Source: Oopsacas minuta
Lineage: Eukaryota; Animalia; Porifera
Direction: 5' to 3'
NCBI GenBank assembly: GCA_024704765.1
Contig: JAKMXF010000133.1
Coordinates: 124,001-188,000 of the forward strand
DNA length: 64,000 bases
Made by a program: the position numbers and the translations under genes. Position 1 is the first letter of the stretch, and each line of letters starts with the position of its first letter. Positions 28,201-45,296 of this stretch are shown here, piece after piece. The notes under the pieces were generated by a model that had not been told where the DNA came from, did not search any database, and was given only the letters and a program-made list of their open reading frames with translations.

Positions 28201-30566
28201 TTTATCGCCATCTCTCAGAGGTGTGAATATTTCTCTTAAATATTTGAAAATTGCTAGATTTATTGCATTCCTTTACGTGACGAATTCTAGAACTAAACAT
28301 GAATAATTCCTTAAACAATTATACATACATTCAACTCCTGTTATATCGGAATACCCGCTCATATCGAGGTGTGAAATTATACAAATATGGTCCCAAACCC
28401 TCAAAGTAACATATAATCCATCGGATATATCGAAGTCATTATCACGCTCCCCTGAGCTTCGATATAACAGGTGTTAATTGTAGGATATTAGTATTGATAC
28501 CTCGATCACCATCGGTACACATTTTTGACCAGTGTGCTATGATCGCCGATCATTTCCCCGAATATTTTTGGTTAATATCTTCGATAGTTTTAGACATATG
28601 TGGAAACCAAAATGTATGTCATTGCAATCTGACTGCTATATTCTCCATGGCCGCGCGGACGGACGGACTGATGAATGCAGGTAATTGAGCATTACACAAT
28701 CCTTTTCGGCGCAAGAATCGCGATCACGATCTCCAGTCATATTTTAATCAAAGTTGAAACCGCTCGAACCGAATATCAGTATTCATGAATAGTAGCCTAA
28801 CCAATTACCGAATATTTGACATTCGCAGGGTGACCAGATGTCTCCGTTATAAAAAAAGGGACACTTTTCTCTGATATACAATGTATAAGTAAATCACTTA
28901 ACAGAACAATAACAATATATGCTAATCTATGAAAAAGTATATTACATCAATAGAGTAAGGAAACAAAACAGAATTAGTAATATTTGTTATCAATATGTAA
29001 TAAAGCGAGGTAAGAATAATAAACCCGACTTATGAATTCTAGATTCTGAAGAGAGGATCAATAAGGGTATACGGTAAGTTACAATCCACTCTATGTATAT
29101 CCGTGTTAATTAAAGAGTCATTAGAATCCAGAGTAAAAAAGGGAAAAAGGACAGGTTGTCCCAAAAGGACGTCTGGTCACCCTGGACATTCGGTTGCAAT
29201 CTTGATTTTAATGGACGAAGGTGATTGTGGTAATAAATTTCGTAATCGACTAATGCTTGGAATTATTTGTAATAATAATAGCTTTTGTAAGTGTATACTA
29301 TATTAATAAATTCTGGATTCAGCATACAGAACAATGATACGTAACGTCAGTTATTAAGACAATGGAAACAACACACACGTGAAAGGAAAGACACACCTCT
29401 TGTTGGTAATTTGATTATTATAATTTTGTAAAATTTATGTATAAATAACAACAGAAAAGACATTTTAGCACCAAACAAAACAAACAACAACAAATGGATA
29501 AAGAACAAGAATTGGACTATCTTTTCACTCGCGATTGGAGGAAAATAGAAAACAAACAATTATTAGACGACTTTTTGAAAAGAAATAGAGAGGAACATTT
29601 GAAAGGACAATACACAATGCTAAAACGACAAAAATGCTTACGGAAAGGTGCTAAAACACATCGCATAAACAACAAAAAAAGAACTAAAATATGTGAAGAG
29701 GAATGTATAGAATTAAAGAAGCAGAGAAGTGAGCTAGAAAATGAGAGACAAATATTGTTTGGAGAGATACAATGGTATGAAATGCAACTAGTGAATTGGT
29801 ACTAAACAACAACAAATAAACAAACAACAACAAATAAACAAACAACAACAAATAAGCAAACAACAACATTTGATATATTTAAGTATGTAAATTCTATTAT
29901 AAGTAACAATTAAGATAAGTTGCATTGATTGGTCAGTTGTTGATTTGATAATTTTAATGAATAATTACAGAGAAATATTGCCCAATCAGATTTGAGGTTT
30001 TATTCTTGATATTCTAATTATATTAAAGTTGTATATATTATTGTTATTATACACATAGGTGTCATATGATGTATAGTAATATACACAAAATATGGAAACG
30101 TGTGAAAATATTCATATGATGCTAAAATTGAAGATTAAAGAATACCAGAAGCTGTATTCTTATTGGTTGTTAAAGATAATGAGAAATACAAAAGCAAACA
30201 ATAGGCCTTACCATTTTTACTGAGATCCAAAGCTTTAAGGTGTCCGAAATTCTTAATTAAGTCTGACACCTTTTCTAGATCATTATCAGATATATCCAAA
30301 TGTGATAATTTTGTTAGAGAAAAAAATTCCTAGAATTTCAAATTTGTAAACAAATTCATAACAATAACAAATAATAAACAAAATGAACTAACATAAGGCA
30401 GGTTCCGTATAGCATTCGCGTTCAAACTGAGTGCCACCAGAGATTTGGCGCGTAAATACACATCAGTTGGTATTTCGAGTAGATTGGAATGTGAATAATC
30501 CAATTCTTCACTTTGAAGTACTCGTGGATGGGTACAACATTTTATGAGTCGAAGAGCAACTGACAT
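10273..30566 (-). CDS. LAP (LRR and PDZ) protein, Erbin/LRRC7/LRRC1-like; multi-exon with two very large introns
   Basis: Exon 1 LDYSHSNLLEIPTDVY..LSLNANAIRNLP. In-phase GT-AG exons at 30212-30329, 24854-24932, 24448-24537, 16346-16402, 16130-16193, 15898-15972 and onward give continuous Erbin-like LRRs. LAPSD-like KVLTCFLFPQ near 13730. Terminal PDZ-like exons IFISQIHSDH..LRQGDRILE|INGLRLENSTQEETMKIF..IELKL, stop at 10273-10275. Confidence 0.88.
16450..16550. mobile_element. About 100-bp MITE family (TIR like TAGACTCCACTTAACAGAGCCAC); related copies at about 32521-32627 and 44487-44568
   Basis: Imperfect terminal inverted repeats; shared cores agagccaca, gttaatcgggt and ccctattaa among the three copies. 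Confidence 0.6.
17472..17819 (+). CDS. Small intronless Maf/CNC-like bZIP protein 1 (115 aa), in LAP intron 4
   Basis: Basic region KRKKRINQQNALKAFRQRER followed by a heptad zipper (LECEISRKKQEKLKLEKEIKEL); AAC-rich leader before the ATG. Confidence 0.7.
   Translation: MNIFNLLKDGAKNYLHKQPIESLIDDGKLGKIDGRRKLPRILKNSNITEAEKELVYKRKKRINQQNALKAFRQRERVSFRRLECEISRKKQEKLKLEKEIKELTKEIQQLANMIN
18616..18711. mobile_element. 96-bp mini-MITE with TIR ACCAAGGTTG; second copy at 28746-29207 interrupted by a hAT MITE
   Basis: Perfect 10-bp inverted ends; the 30-bp core aaccgaatatcagtattcatgaatagtagc is identical in both copies. Confidence 0.7.
19638..21259 (+). mobile_element. Full-length, inactivated mariner (Tc1/mariner) transposon
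   Basis: TA..TA flanks. 27-bp TIRs (caacgggcgttcaaaatgttcccgacc vs reverse complement caacggaagttcaaaaagttcccgacc). Frameshifted transposase with IITGDGTWI, LLHDNARSH and HPSYSPDLAPCDF motifs (ORFs 19956, 20236, 20619). About 1.3 kb once the nested MITE is removed. Confidence 0.93.
20911..21219. mobile_element. 309-bp MITE nested in the 3' end of the mariner
   Basis: 14-bp perfect TIR CAGGGTTCTATCTA, subterminal ggggaagct/agcttcccc, and AATAT on both sides. Confidence 0.85.
21474..21869 (+). CDS. Small intronless bZIP-like protein 2 (131 aa), in LAP intron 4
   Basis: KIREKQVRKAGNTFK..ILSLKMKKREFQEEKTKLEEEISFYQMEL aligns with 29494..29805; AAC-rich leader. Confidence 0.6.
   Translation: MSENRKECELKNKIREKQVRKAGNTFKTSGQHQTIAYRLFKDILSLKMKKREFQEEKTKLEEEISFYQMELTRLSYDNSGSQNQMAMHSSYNTQQSSCTYSPPIRMDSQFYEDTSQINFEDILRQTLGDNI
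22304..22681 (-). CDS. Small intronless CNC/Maf-like bZIP protein 3 (125 aa; start set at MSVYLSEQQ), in LAP intron 4
   Basis: IPEEVKVHIRNVRDKLNRQKATKKFRAKSRQELICLKRDISRLINER resembles the CNC/Maf extended basic region and zipper; ATG at 22681 follows an AAC-rich leader. Confidence 0.72.
   Translation of the reverse strand: MSVYLSEQQLGSIQAILIPNWWRLLPAQIPELIDTNKLAALKGRTALLRILDSSDIPEEVKVHIRNVRDKLNRQKATKKFRAKSRQELICLKRDISRLINERKYWFDLREQLIHETEQYKVYLTT
25157..27292 (-). CDS. Intronless TPR + glycosyltransferase family 41 (OGT/SEC/SPY-like) protein with putative signal peptide, in LAP intron 2
   Basis: TPR repeats in the N-half. GT41 motifs KIGFVSFNFNNHPASH, DGIDILIDLMGYT, RPAPLQISYLGYPGS, DLFLDTSPYNAHT and RVGASFL. 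Hydrophobic N-terminus MFILVYLFVVIFCATFHTSVLT. Confidence 0.9.
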   Translation of the reverse strand: MFILVYLFVVIFCATFHTSVLTKCPHAIDRRFTKAGLHLHNQNRLLESLECFEMALLDNQTPNTFQNLATIHIQLGDWNAAQSTLDNAMKIFPNSTQLFQTYITLFFAQKRYFDALKIARKWVSIYDILESNTYLASTLFEIGNKIESLYYYERALRIDPNHVPSLINAAVIYNANGEHSKALSLATRGVKIDPNLLEGHVVMGAACISIGRFKNAIVALENALNLDPTNSQSKCKLINVRRHLCDWENYENDIADLARILKIESENSFVISSENRQQCNSPGNLLFFDLPIELLKEIAFISSQKLAISLAEQRKLTAKHRNENQSNHRVLDILKIGFVSFNFNNHPASHILAPLFRYLSNQNDTQIFAYSLNPIHDTWTKNIQNSVNIFRDISDLDIPSILEVVMHDGIDILIDLMGYTVGARGEIFACRPAPLQISYLGYPGSYGDPSVIDYTICDPEACELDQSDHEFAEKLILLPPPYFPAPLYEINKPTSMEISHQQQQLKIPAGKFVYCCLSKLSKISPKTFQIWSEILLDASNAILWLISRPIESVGFIHNESNALGLTNQILISQPLSRPDYLKYAPYICDLFLDTSPYNAHTVAAEMLSRGLPILTKRGVSLAGRVGASFLKSINRTELIANTFSEYKNIAVNFYKNPNSLIEIRKLISEEIRLKNSNAFNIQKFGNSFHFAMKSIWYTSINGNPPRHLLIY
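28326..28482. mobile_element. pogo/Tigger-like MITE; a related end at about 37980-38027
   Basis: TIR tacattcaactcctgttatatcg vs reverse complement tacaattaacacctgttatatcg, with TA ends. Confidence 0.7.
28826..29184. mobile_element. 359-bp hAT-type MITE
   Basis: 13-bp perfect TIR CAGGGTGACCAGA; perfect 8-bp TSD GACATTCG (28818-28825 and 29185-29192). Confidence 0.95.
29494..29805 (+). CDS. Small intronless bZIP-like protein 4 (103 aa), in LAP intron 2
   Basis: MLKRQKCLRKGAKTHRINNKKR..ELKKQRSELENERQILFGEIQWYEMQL; Maf-like helical hairpin upstream; AAC-rich leader. Confidence 0.65.
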   Translation: MDKEQELDYLFTRDWRKIENKQLLDDFLKRNREEHLKGQYTMLKRQKCLRKGAKTHRINNKKRTKICEEECIELKKQRSELENERQILFGEIQWYEMQLVNWY

Positions 30567-32102
30567 TTGTACTGAAGGAAGTTACCTTACATTAATAGCT
30601 ATTATTAGTAACAATAAAGTAATTAATATGTTCCTCATGGGACCATAGGGTGTGTATCCCCCCTTGTTTGGAGGATGTGATGAACCAAAATGGTTCCGAA
30701 TGTCCAAGGAAATGTGACAAAACAGAATTGTGCCTAATTCTAAATACCCCGCCAATTTGAATTCCCACGTTCAGGGATTTTCTCTAATTTGAATGGAATG
30801 TGTGGTTACCATGGTAACACATTATATCTTTAGGAATTGCACATTCAAAAGCGAAAGGGAAAATCCACAAAAAAGTTTCCAAAGTTTTCAACATTATAGA
30901 ATATTAGTTAAGAGTATTCAACCGCCAAAAATCAGAAGAATTTGAGGTATTTTTCCTATAATTACGCGCCATAATATATATATATATTCAAGCGCCAAAA
31001 TATATATATGACGTAAGCGCTAATCTAATATTTATTCATAAATATATTAAAAAGCTAAATATAGTCAAATTGCAAATAAATATTATTAAAATATTATCAG
31101 AGATAATTCACACCATTTTAACCGGGATTAAGGTGTGGCGGATATTTAACAATAATTATATGGTTCTGTTTCTGGCCAAGTGGCGCAATTAATTCTCTAC
31201 AAGTAAACAAAAAATGTATAACATTAATAAATATCAATATGAGAACTTTTGCAAAAATGTACCCAAACAATTGAGCCACTTTTCCACAAACAGAACAGTA
31301 CACACCCACTTAATTGTGTCACAATACCCTCAAAAAGTGTCGTCAATAACCAGAAAGTAAGAAATAGAATAAAATGTAATCCTCCACTTAAATACGGATT
31401 ATCTCTGAGCATATTGAATTAGCTAATTAGCCTAATTAGTGAATGAATAGACTTCTTTATTGACAACTAATGTGTGAATTGAATGGTTGATTCAAACCAC
31501 TTTTGTGCCACATATAATCATGTCGGGAAAGTTAATAGTTGCGTAATTGGATACTGTTTGAGGTGTAATGTGGCACTATTGGTGTATAATGTTAATTATA
31601 AATACAATTATTAAATATTCATATTATAGAAATTATTGTAATTCATTTCTGAGAATATTTTTACTTTTAAAGTGTCGGAAATGGTTTCTGGAGCCATTCA
31701 ATCCCAGATAAGACACTTCATGCCAGTTTATATACCATGGATAGAGATTTAGTATTTCAATGAGTTATAAATGGTTCTAACTGCCACTTTTTGGACGAAC
31801 TTTTACGGATATTTTGATGGGAATTAGAGGCAGAAATGTGTTAATAATCTTATCTTAATTTAACCATATCATGAGAGAGAGAGAGAGAGGTGTGAAATAA
31901 ACATGTAAATACAAACAAATGTGAATTCCACAAACAAAATGATCAATAGAATATCAGGCTACATAACTGGAGGAGGACACTCAAATCTGATTGGTCTGGA
32001 AGATTCACACGAAATTTGATAGAATAAAACATTTGCAATTCTAAATAAATAAATAAACATTTTGAATAACAAACATGTAAAAGTAAACAATAATACAAAC
32101 AA

Positions 32103-32492
32103 TCACTTGACATTATGAATAGAAGAAAGGTGTTGACTCAGTTTAACAACACTATCATTCCATTTACACTCCTTGGTAACCATGAAAGGACATGAAATAA
32201 CAATCTCTTCAATTATTTTCTGAATCTGTTGTTCACCCTCACAATCTTTTGGAGATATTTTGGTGTTACACAACAGACAGAAGGAATGTTTTAATCTCAA
32301 GTGGCGTAAACAGGAGTCACAATATATGTGTCCACATTTTTTAAGCAGGATCGGGTTGCTAAGGACACCGCTACAGGCTGGACAAATAAATTGAGTGACG
32401 TCATCTGTGAAAAGTTCTGGACTATACCCTCCTTTCCAGTCAACCATCTGAATAAATACCGATGGGATGTTCTCGTTGCTAGGCTCAGCCAT
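32103..32492 (-). CDS. Small intronless TRAF-type RING + zinc-finger protein (129 aa)
   Basis: C3HC4 RING (CPAC..CGHIYCDSC..CLLC) followed by a TRAF-type finger (CPF..ECKW..L..HL..IH). Confidence 0.85.
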   Translation of the reverse strand: MAEPSNENIPSVFIQMVDWKGGYSPELFTDDVTQFICPACSGVLSNPILLKKCGHIYCDSCLRHLRLKHSFCLLCNTKISPKDCEGEQQIQKIIEEIVISCPFMVTKECKWNDSVVKLSQHLSSIHNVK

Positions 32493-32831
32493 GTTTATTA
32501 AATCTATTTTGTCTATCCAGTATACTCAACTCAATAGAGCCACAAGTTAATCAGGCTAACACCTTTATTCCGGTTAATCGGGTCAAAAGGCTCTCTGGTA
32601 CCGATGTGGCCCTATTAAAAGGAGTTCCCAACAGCACTGATATGTGCTGTATCCACCTCCCCTGCCTGGCTGACTGCCCCCCTCATAATCAGACCATACT
32701 GGGGAGAGGGAGACACAATTAAGAGAGGTGATAATTGTCATAATAAGACCACAATTACAGAATACTAATACATTACTTATAGTATTGTATAACTACTCCG
32801 AGTCATAGCAACTACGGATATATGAGACTTC

Positions 32832-39471
<6,640 letters not shown>

Positions 39472-40113
39472 TTATCAATATATTCACACAAATAACCTAC
39501 AAAACAACAACAAACAAGAAACAACAAAATTTTAATTCTTCTAATGTTTTATACTACAAATTTCCTCTCAATGAATTACAAAAGTTCTATTCAATACTTG
39601 CGTAAATATAATTAGTTTCAGTTGCAATTTAACATATTTATTGACGCACAAACACAAAGAAAATCTTCTGTTATTTATATAAGAATTTCAAGGAAAAAAC
39701 AACGAGGCCTGTTGGAAACGGTTAACTTCTAGAAACGTAGTGAAAAATACATAGACGAATTCCTTGTCCCGTATTAATGAACCTCCACAAACGGGCCGCA
39801 TTTTCGGCGCCCCAGACATCCATTTCTGGAGGTTCCGTAGTATTTATTGACACACAAAACAAATAAAAACATCTGTTACTTACTTAAGAATTTCAAAGGA
39901 AAAATTAATTTCGTAAAGTATTTTTAAGCCTATTTTATTTGTTAAAAGTAGCTGAAATTCAGTTTACAAAGCTTTGAATTGATTGGTTTTTGAAAATAAT
40001 TTCTATTCCAAAATTAGATTTATTTAGGCGCGTTAATTATGGGTCAATTATTGTGCCACTTTCATTTCTAATAAACAAATTTTTTGTTGTTGTTTATACA
40101 TCTATTTTTAGAA

Positions 40114-41854
40114 ATGGCATCAAAAGATGTGTTAGATAAAATTCACGGGTCTTTACTGGGTCTTGCAATTTGTGATGCAATTGGAACTACAGTAGAGACC
40201 CTCCCTCCTGGCTCATTTGAGCCAATTACAGACATGGTTGGGGGCGGGAAATTCAATGTTTTACCAGGACAATGGACAGACGACACATCTATGGCACTAT
40301 GTGTCGCGGAAAGTGTCGTGGAATGTCAAGGATATAACCCGGTAGATCAGCTGATGAGATTTTGTTCTTGGTATGTAGGATGGCATTTCAATTGTTGTGG
40401 AGAACTAATTGATATTGGTGAGTTATTTTTAGTAACAAATAAATCAACCATGGATACTTGAGAAGTGTAGATATATCTTGAGCCACAATGTGTCGAGAGA
40501 GTAAGTGTTATTGACACAATAGTGGCTCAAATATTTCAGGAAATTTAGCCCATTTATCCATAGTCCAGTAGTGTAAATGTTAACATATTGCAAACTGCCA
40601 GTAAAATCTCGTTAATTAGATTAACATAACGATTTATTAGTTCCAGTTTAAACTATTTATTAGTTCCACTTTAACTTGCTACACATTTCACTACAGAGCA
40701 CATATCTTATTGGATAAAACTATTATCCATGGTTATTCTAGGAAAAACTGTCAGGAAGTCTCTTGAGGAGTTCAAGAAGACTGCTACCCCCTATCCCGGT
40801 CCAACCTCTGAACGGGCCGCTGGGAATGGTAGTCTGATGAGATTGTGTCCTCTGCCACTTGCCTACGCGAGTAATCCGGAACTAGCAATGGAACTATCAG
40901 CTAGACACTCCCGTACTACACATGGCGCTCAAATAGCAATAGATGCGTGTAGGTATTTTGCAGGTTTGTGCCATAATACCACTTGACACTTTCATAGTGG
41001 CATCGTGCCCAATTGGCAGGGGTTTATCTAGGTGTTAAAAGTGCCAACGGGGGAGAGACCCTTATTTGTCGAGGATCATTTGTCACGAGAGAGTAATGAT
41101 CCCTGTGTATTCTACAGGAATTCTGATTGGTTGTATTCAAGGAGAAAGCAAAGAAAAACTGCTGTCAGAAAATTATAGTCCTATAGGTTTAGGATACTGG
41201 CAGAAACATGTGCCATCTCCAGAGGTGTCAAAAGTGGCACAAGGAAGCTATAAAACGAAAGAACCACCTGATATAAAAGCGACAGGATTCGTAGTCGACA
41301 CATTAGAGGCTGCTTTATGGGGTTTTTATCAAACGGATACTTTTAAAAGTGGCTGTCTTATGGTGTCAAATTTGGGTGATGATTCGGACACTGTTGGTGC
41401 AGTTTATGGGCAGATAGCTGGCGCGTTTTATGGCACAAGTGGCATACCTAAGGAATGGAGGGATCGTGTTTATTATCGGACACTTATCGAGGTGTTAAGT
41501 GGTGAAATAATGTGTCTCAGTGAGAGGACTAAAAATGCTAATATTCCTGATGATACCAATTATGAAAAAGTTCCATGTCAAATTGAGGTGTTAGGCGCTA
41601 AATATGTCCAAATGAAGATACACGGGTTCACATTTTTGGAAGAAAAGAGTCGCGAATTGGTCAGAAGACTGAAACCATGTCCAAAACAGTTCAAAAACTT
41701 GTCAGAAGTTGATGCCACAATTTCACATATAGAATCTGAATACTTTAAACTGGAAGGAGTGTGTCCAGAACTCTTTAAAGATTTCAAATCGATGTGGTTA
41801 CTTGAGAAAGAAAAGTTGAGTTTAAGAATAGCGAGAAAAGCTTATTTTAATTAG
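40114..41854 (+). CDS. ADP-ribosylglycohydrolase (ARH/DraG family), 3 exons (40114-40417, 40742-40963, 41118-41854)
   Basis: Motifs GSLLGLAICDAIG, GQWTDDTSMAL, AAGNGSLMR and GDDSDTVGAVYGQIAGA; the exons join in phase. Confidence 0.92.
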
Positions 41855-42143
41855 TTACAAAGGAATGTGTTTATTTTTAGTAACATTGTATGTATATTTA
41901 TACTATATTCTATTCTTGTCACATTTACGCGGGATGATCTTAGCTGCTGCGAGCTTTCTTTGATCTTCACAAGAACCAATCAAATTTCTATTGTAGGGAC
42001 ATTTTGTCGGGAAACGCGTATCTCATCAGACAAATAGGCGGGATCTTCGACTTTTAGGCGGGGTTTCATATTCTAGAATTTTTAATAATATTCACACACA
42101 AACTGAAACATATCACACAGCCAATCAAATTCTATTACACATT

Positions 42144-44449
42144 TTAAGAAGTAACACTTTTCTTAAAAGTTGTCATTCCGCGCCTAATTTTGCTTTTAGG
42201 AATTTCCTCGCCGTCCACGGAAAATGAGAGAAGTGTGAAATGTCCCTCTCCAATATGTGGCGTTATTATTGGTTGACTGATAGTGAGTGCAGATATTGGT
42301 TGTGGTCTGTTTGGGTTTTCAATTTGTGTCGGTCTGTGGCTCAATTTTGTCACATGGTGTTGGATTAATGAATCCATTAATGAGGATTGTTTTGAGAATA
42401 TTTGTAGTTGCTTAGATACGACTAAGGAATTTTCCAAAACTGAATCAAATTCAATCCAAAGAGAACAAAACTCTTCGCCACCTAAAATTTGGAATTAGAA
42501 GTTCAAAAGGTGTGAAAATATGATTAATCATATACCTACCACTCCTAGAAGGTGGCTGATATAACCATGAAAAGTGGTCATAATATAGTTTAAATAAAAC
42601 TTCATTTGTGGCATAATCTATTATGTGTAAAGTGATGGCATTAAGTGCCACAAAAATGTGCCTGTCACTGCTCGATTGAGTTAGTTTTGCTAGAAAACTG
42701 ATTGGTCGTTCTACCTAAAGAAAGCTGAATACAAATATCACAATAAATAAACAAATAAACAAACAAACACACAACCTAACAAACAAACAAATCATTACCA
42801 CTCCATTGAAGAACACAGCTCCATATATAGCTAGATTCTGACAGCTCTGTAAAAATAGTGTCCTAAAGGTGTTAGAATTCTGTCCCTTGGCTTGTTGTAT
42901 TTGTATTGAGCTAAATAATTGTTTACAAACTATTATTTTCTTATTTTTTGTTGACACGTCCAGACCAGATCTCTTTCCTAGCGATTTGATTGGTTGATAC
43001 TCATTGATTCTATCCTTATGGATTAGCCATTCTAGCGAGAAATCTGATTGGCTAGTTCCTTCAGATAGTACCAAATACGCGCCTAATTTTTGGATTTCTC
43101 TCATCTCACAAAATGTGTATCTAAAGTAAACAAATAAACAGTAAACAACTTGTTTATTACATTGTAACCTCCACAAAAGGATTCCTGCTTTTGGAAGTTA
43201 CACAATAGAATATATTCACACCTCGAGTTCAAGAAATTATACTTAGCTTCTGAGAAGAGTAAGTATAGAGCAGAATTATTATTAATACTCCTCTCTAGTT
43301 TCAGTTGCAAATACGAAGATCTTCTTAACACCAAGGTTGGTACTTCCAGTACTGTCTCAGAAATTGTTAAGTCTGTGTACGAGTTTAGTAGTCCCTGCCA
43401 TTGTAGTAGTAGCCTAGTAAACAATAATAATCACATATATCAAAGAAATATTGTCTGTAAATAATCGTGATAGACATTTGAAAGTGTCAAAATCGAATTC
43501 CACGTCACTGTTTACCCCTAATTAGCAGGTGTAAGCTAATCCCTAGGATAATTTTGAAATATTCACTAAAAGGTGTGAAAATATGATAAATTAGTGTGTC
43601 ACTTATTAAAGTCTATTGACCAATAAAATTGCAGTCTACACATTCAATACAAATACATTACAGTGCTAAAGTCCTGCACCAGCCAATTATATGTGAGTAT
43701 TCATAATTGTCAAAACCCAGTGAAAAGGTGTTAAAATATACATAAGAAAATTTCAAATGTAAGGAGCACATCTAGAGGTCGCTATGAGTACACATGCCAC
43801 ATTTGTTGTCTTAACCTCTAAAGGTGTGAATAGGAGAGCGAATATAAGTAAACACAAATAAATATATAAACATATTTACCTAACTGGTTTATGAGTTGGT
43901 TTCAGTTGCAGTTCCAGATTAGAAGATACCGCCCATAATGCAAACACATCTTTACCTAGTTCTTGTTCAATATTTAGATATGATAAACATAGTTCCAATA
44001 GAGTATCAGCTGTTGAATTGGAACCAAGTTCAAGTGGTACCATAATAAATTTCTTATCAGATGTGAATACTCTTATTTCATCCAAAGGTGCATTCTGATT
44101 GGATGTCAAGGGTAGTGAACCTGGAATGATAACAATTATTTCAACCAATCAATTTACAGTCTCAAAAAGTGTAAACCCTAAAATCTGATAGGTGGACACA
44201 TTTGTCACCTTTTCTCAGGAACAAATAAACATATCTATTAGATAATTATACATACTCATATGTACACCACATTCCACACACATACCAAATTTTAAGATTG
44301 TAACACCTACCAATTCCTCAATAAACTACTCACAAATAACAACATATACCTCTCATCGGATCATACTTGACGTCACCAGTACTCAGTATAGATTGCTCTG
44401 AGCTGTATTTCCTTAAACTCTCATACTGTGGTGGAGCTAGCGTTGCCAT
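42144..44449 (-). CDS. FRMD8: FERM domain-containing protein 8 (iTAP)-like, multi-exon
   Basis: DVFALWAVSSNLELQLKPTHKP..QWQGLL..PTLVLRR..LYLLFSEAKYN matches FRMD8 as I recall it; first exon MATLAPPQYESL at 44449. Confidence 0.8.
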
Positions 44450-44665
44450 GGTAACGTGATATGGTGTATGCTATTGATACTATAGGAGACTCGACTTAAC
44501 AGAGCCACAGGTTAATCGGGTAAAAATGGTCTGCTCCCCGGTGTGGCCCTATTAAACGCAGTCTACAGTATGTGATTATTATCATTTAACAAACAAACAA
44601 ACATATGAAGTAAAGTGAGTATGAACTATTCGTATAACAATAAGGTGTCACAATATGGAACTAAA

Positions 44666-45007
44666 CTAGCTGACACCGCCCGCACTTTTCCAGAGCTGGA
44701 ACTTCACCGCAATAAATGGTAGAGCGAAAGCTGTCCCTGTCCAAGCTAGTAAATAGAAACTAGCTCGAAACCTAAAAATAAACAAATATTAAAATGTAAC
44801 ACTTTGTTAGTTCCATTTCAAATGCTGTCTGTGACCAATTGTACCCATGTAGGTGTACATATTTGTGGCCATATTGGTTACCATGACAACTTACTTATTA
44901 TTAATATCAACAGGAAGAGAGGAACCAGGAACACCACCAGTTTTCTCATGGGACCATCTCCTCCCGATCTTGTACACAGGGCGGGCTATTAACCTTAATG
45001 TATGCAT
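44666..45007 (-). CDS. COX7C: Cytochrome c oxidase subunit 7C, 2 exons (45007-44895, 44771-44666), 72 aa; absent from the ORF track
   Basis: Spliced product MHTLRLIARPVYKIGRRWSHEKTGGVPGSSLPVDINNK|FRASFYLLAWTGTAFALPFIAVKFQLWKSAGGVS: basic presequence, SH..G.PG..LP...NK motif, one TM helix, AF..PF..V..QL.K motif. Confidence 0.85.
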
Positions 45008-45296
45008 TTGTTTTCTATTTGTTTGTTGTTAGTTGTAGCTAATAATAGGTGTCAAAGTTGTAATTAATAATAAGGACACTTTTGAGTGACCCCCCCTCGA
45101 TGGGTCCATTTTCAGAAATGGTCTTTAATAGTTGTACCATTATAGGTGACATGCTTAACAGCAATATGGAATCAAATAGACCCATATGGTGTTGTTAATA
45201 GGTGTCAAAATGTGATTAACCTTTTCATAGTAAATATAACATGAGTAACAAGATCGCGTATAAGTAATCCTAACACTTAAGTAATATGACACTATC

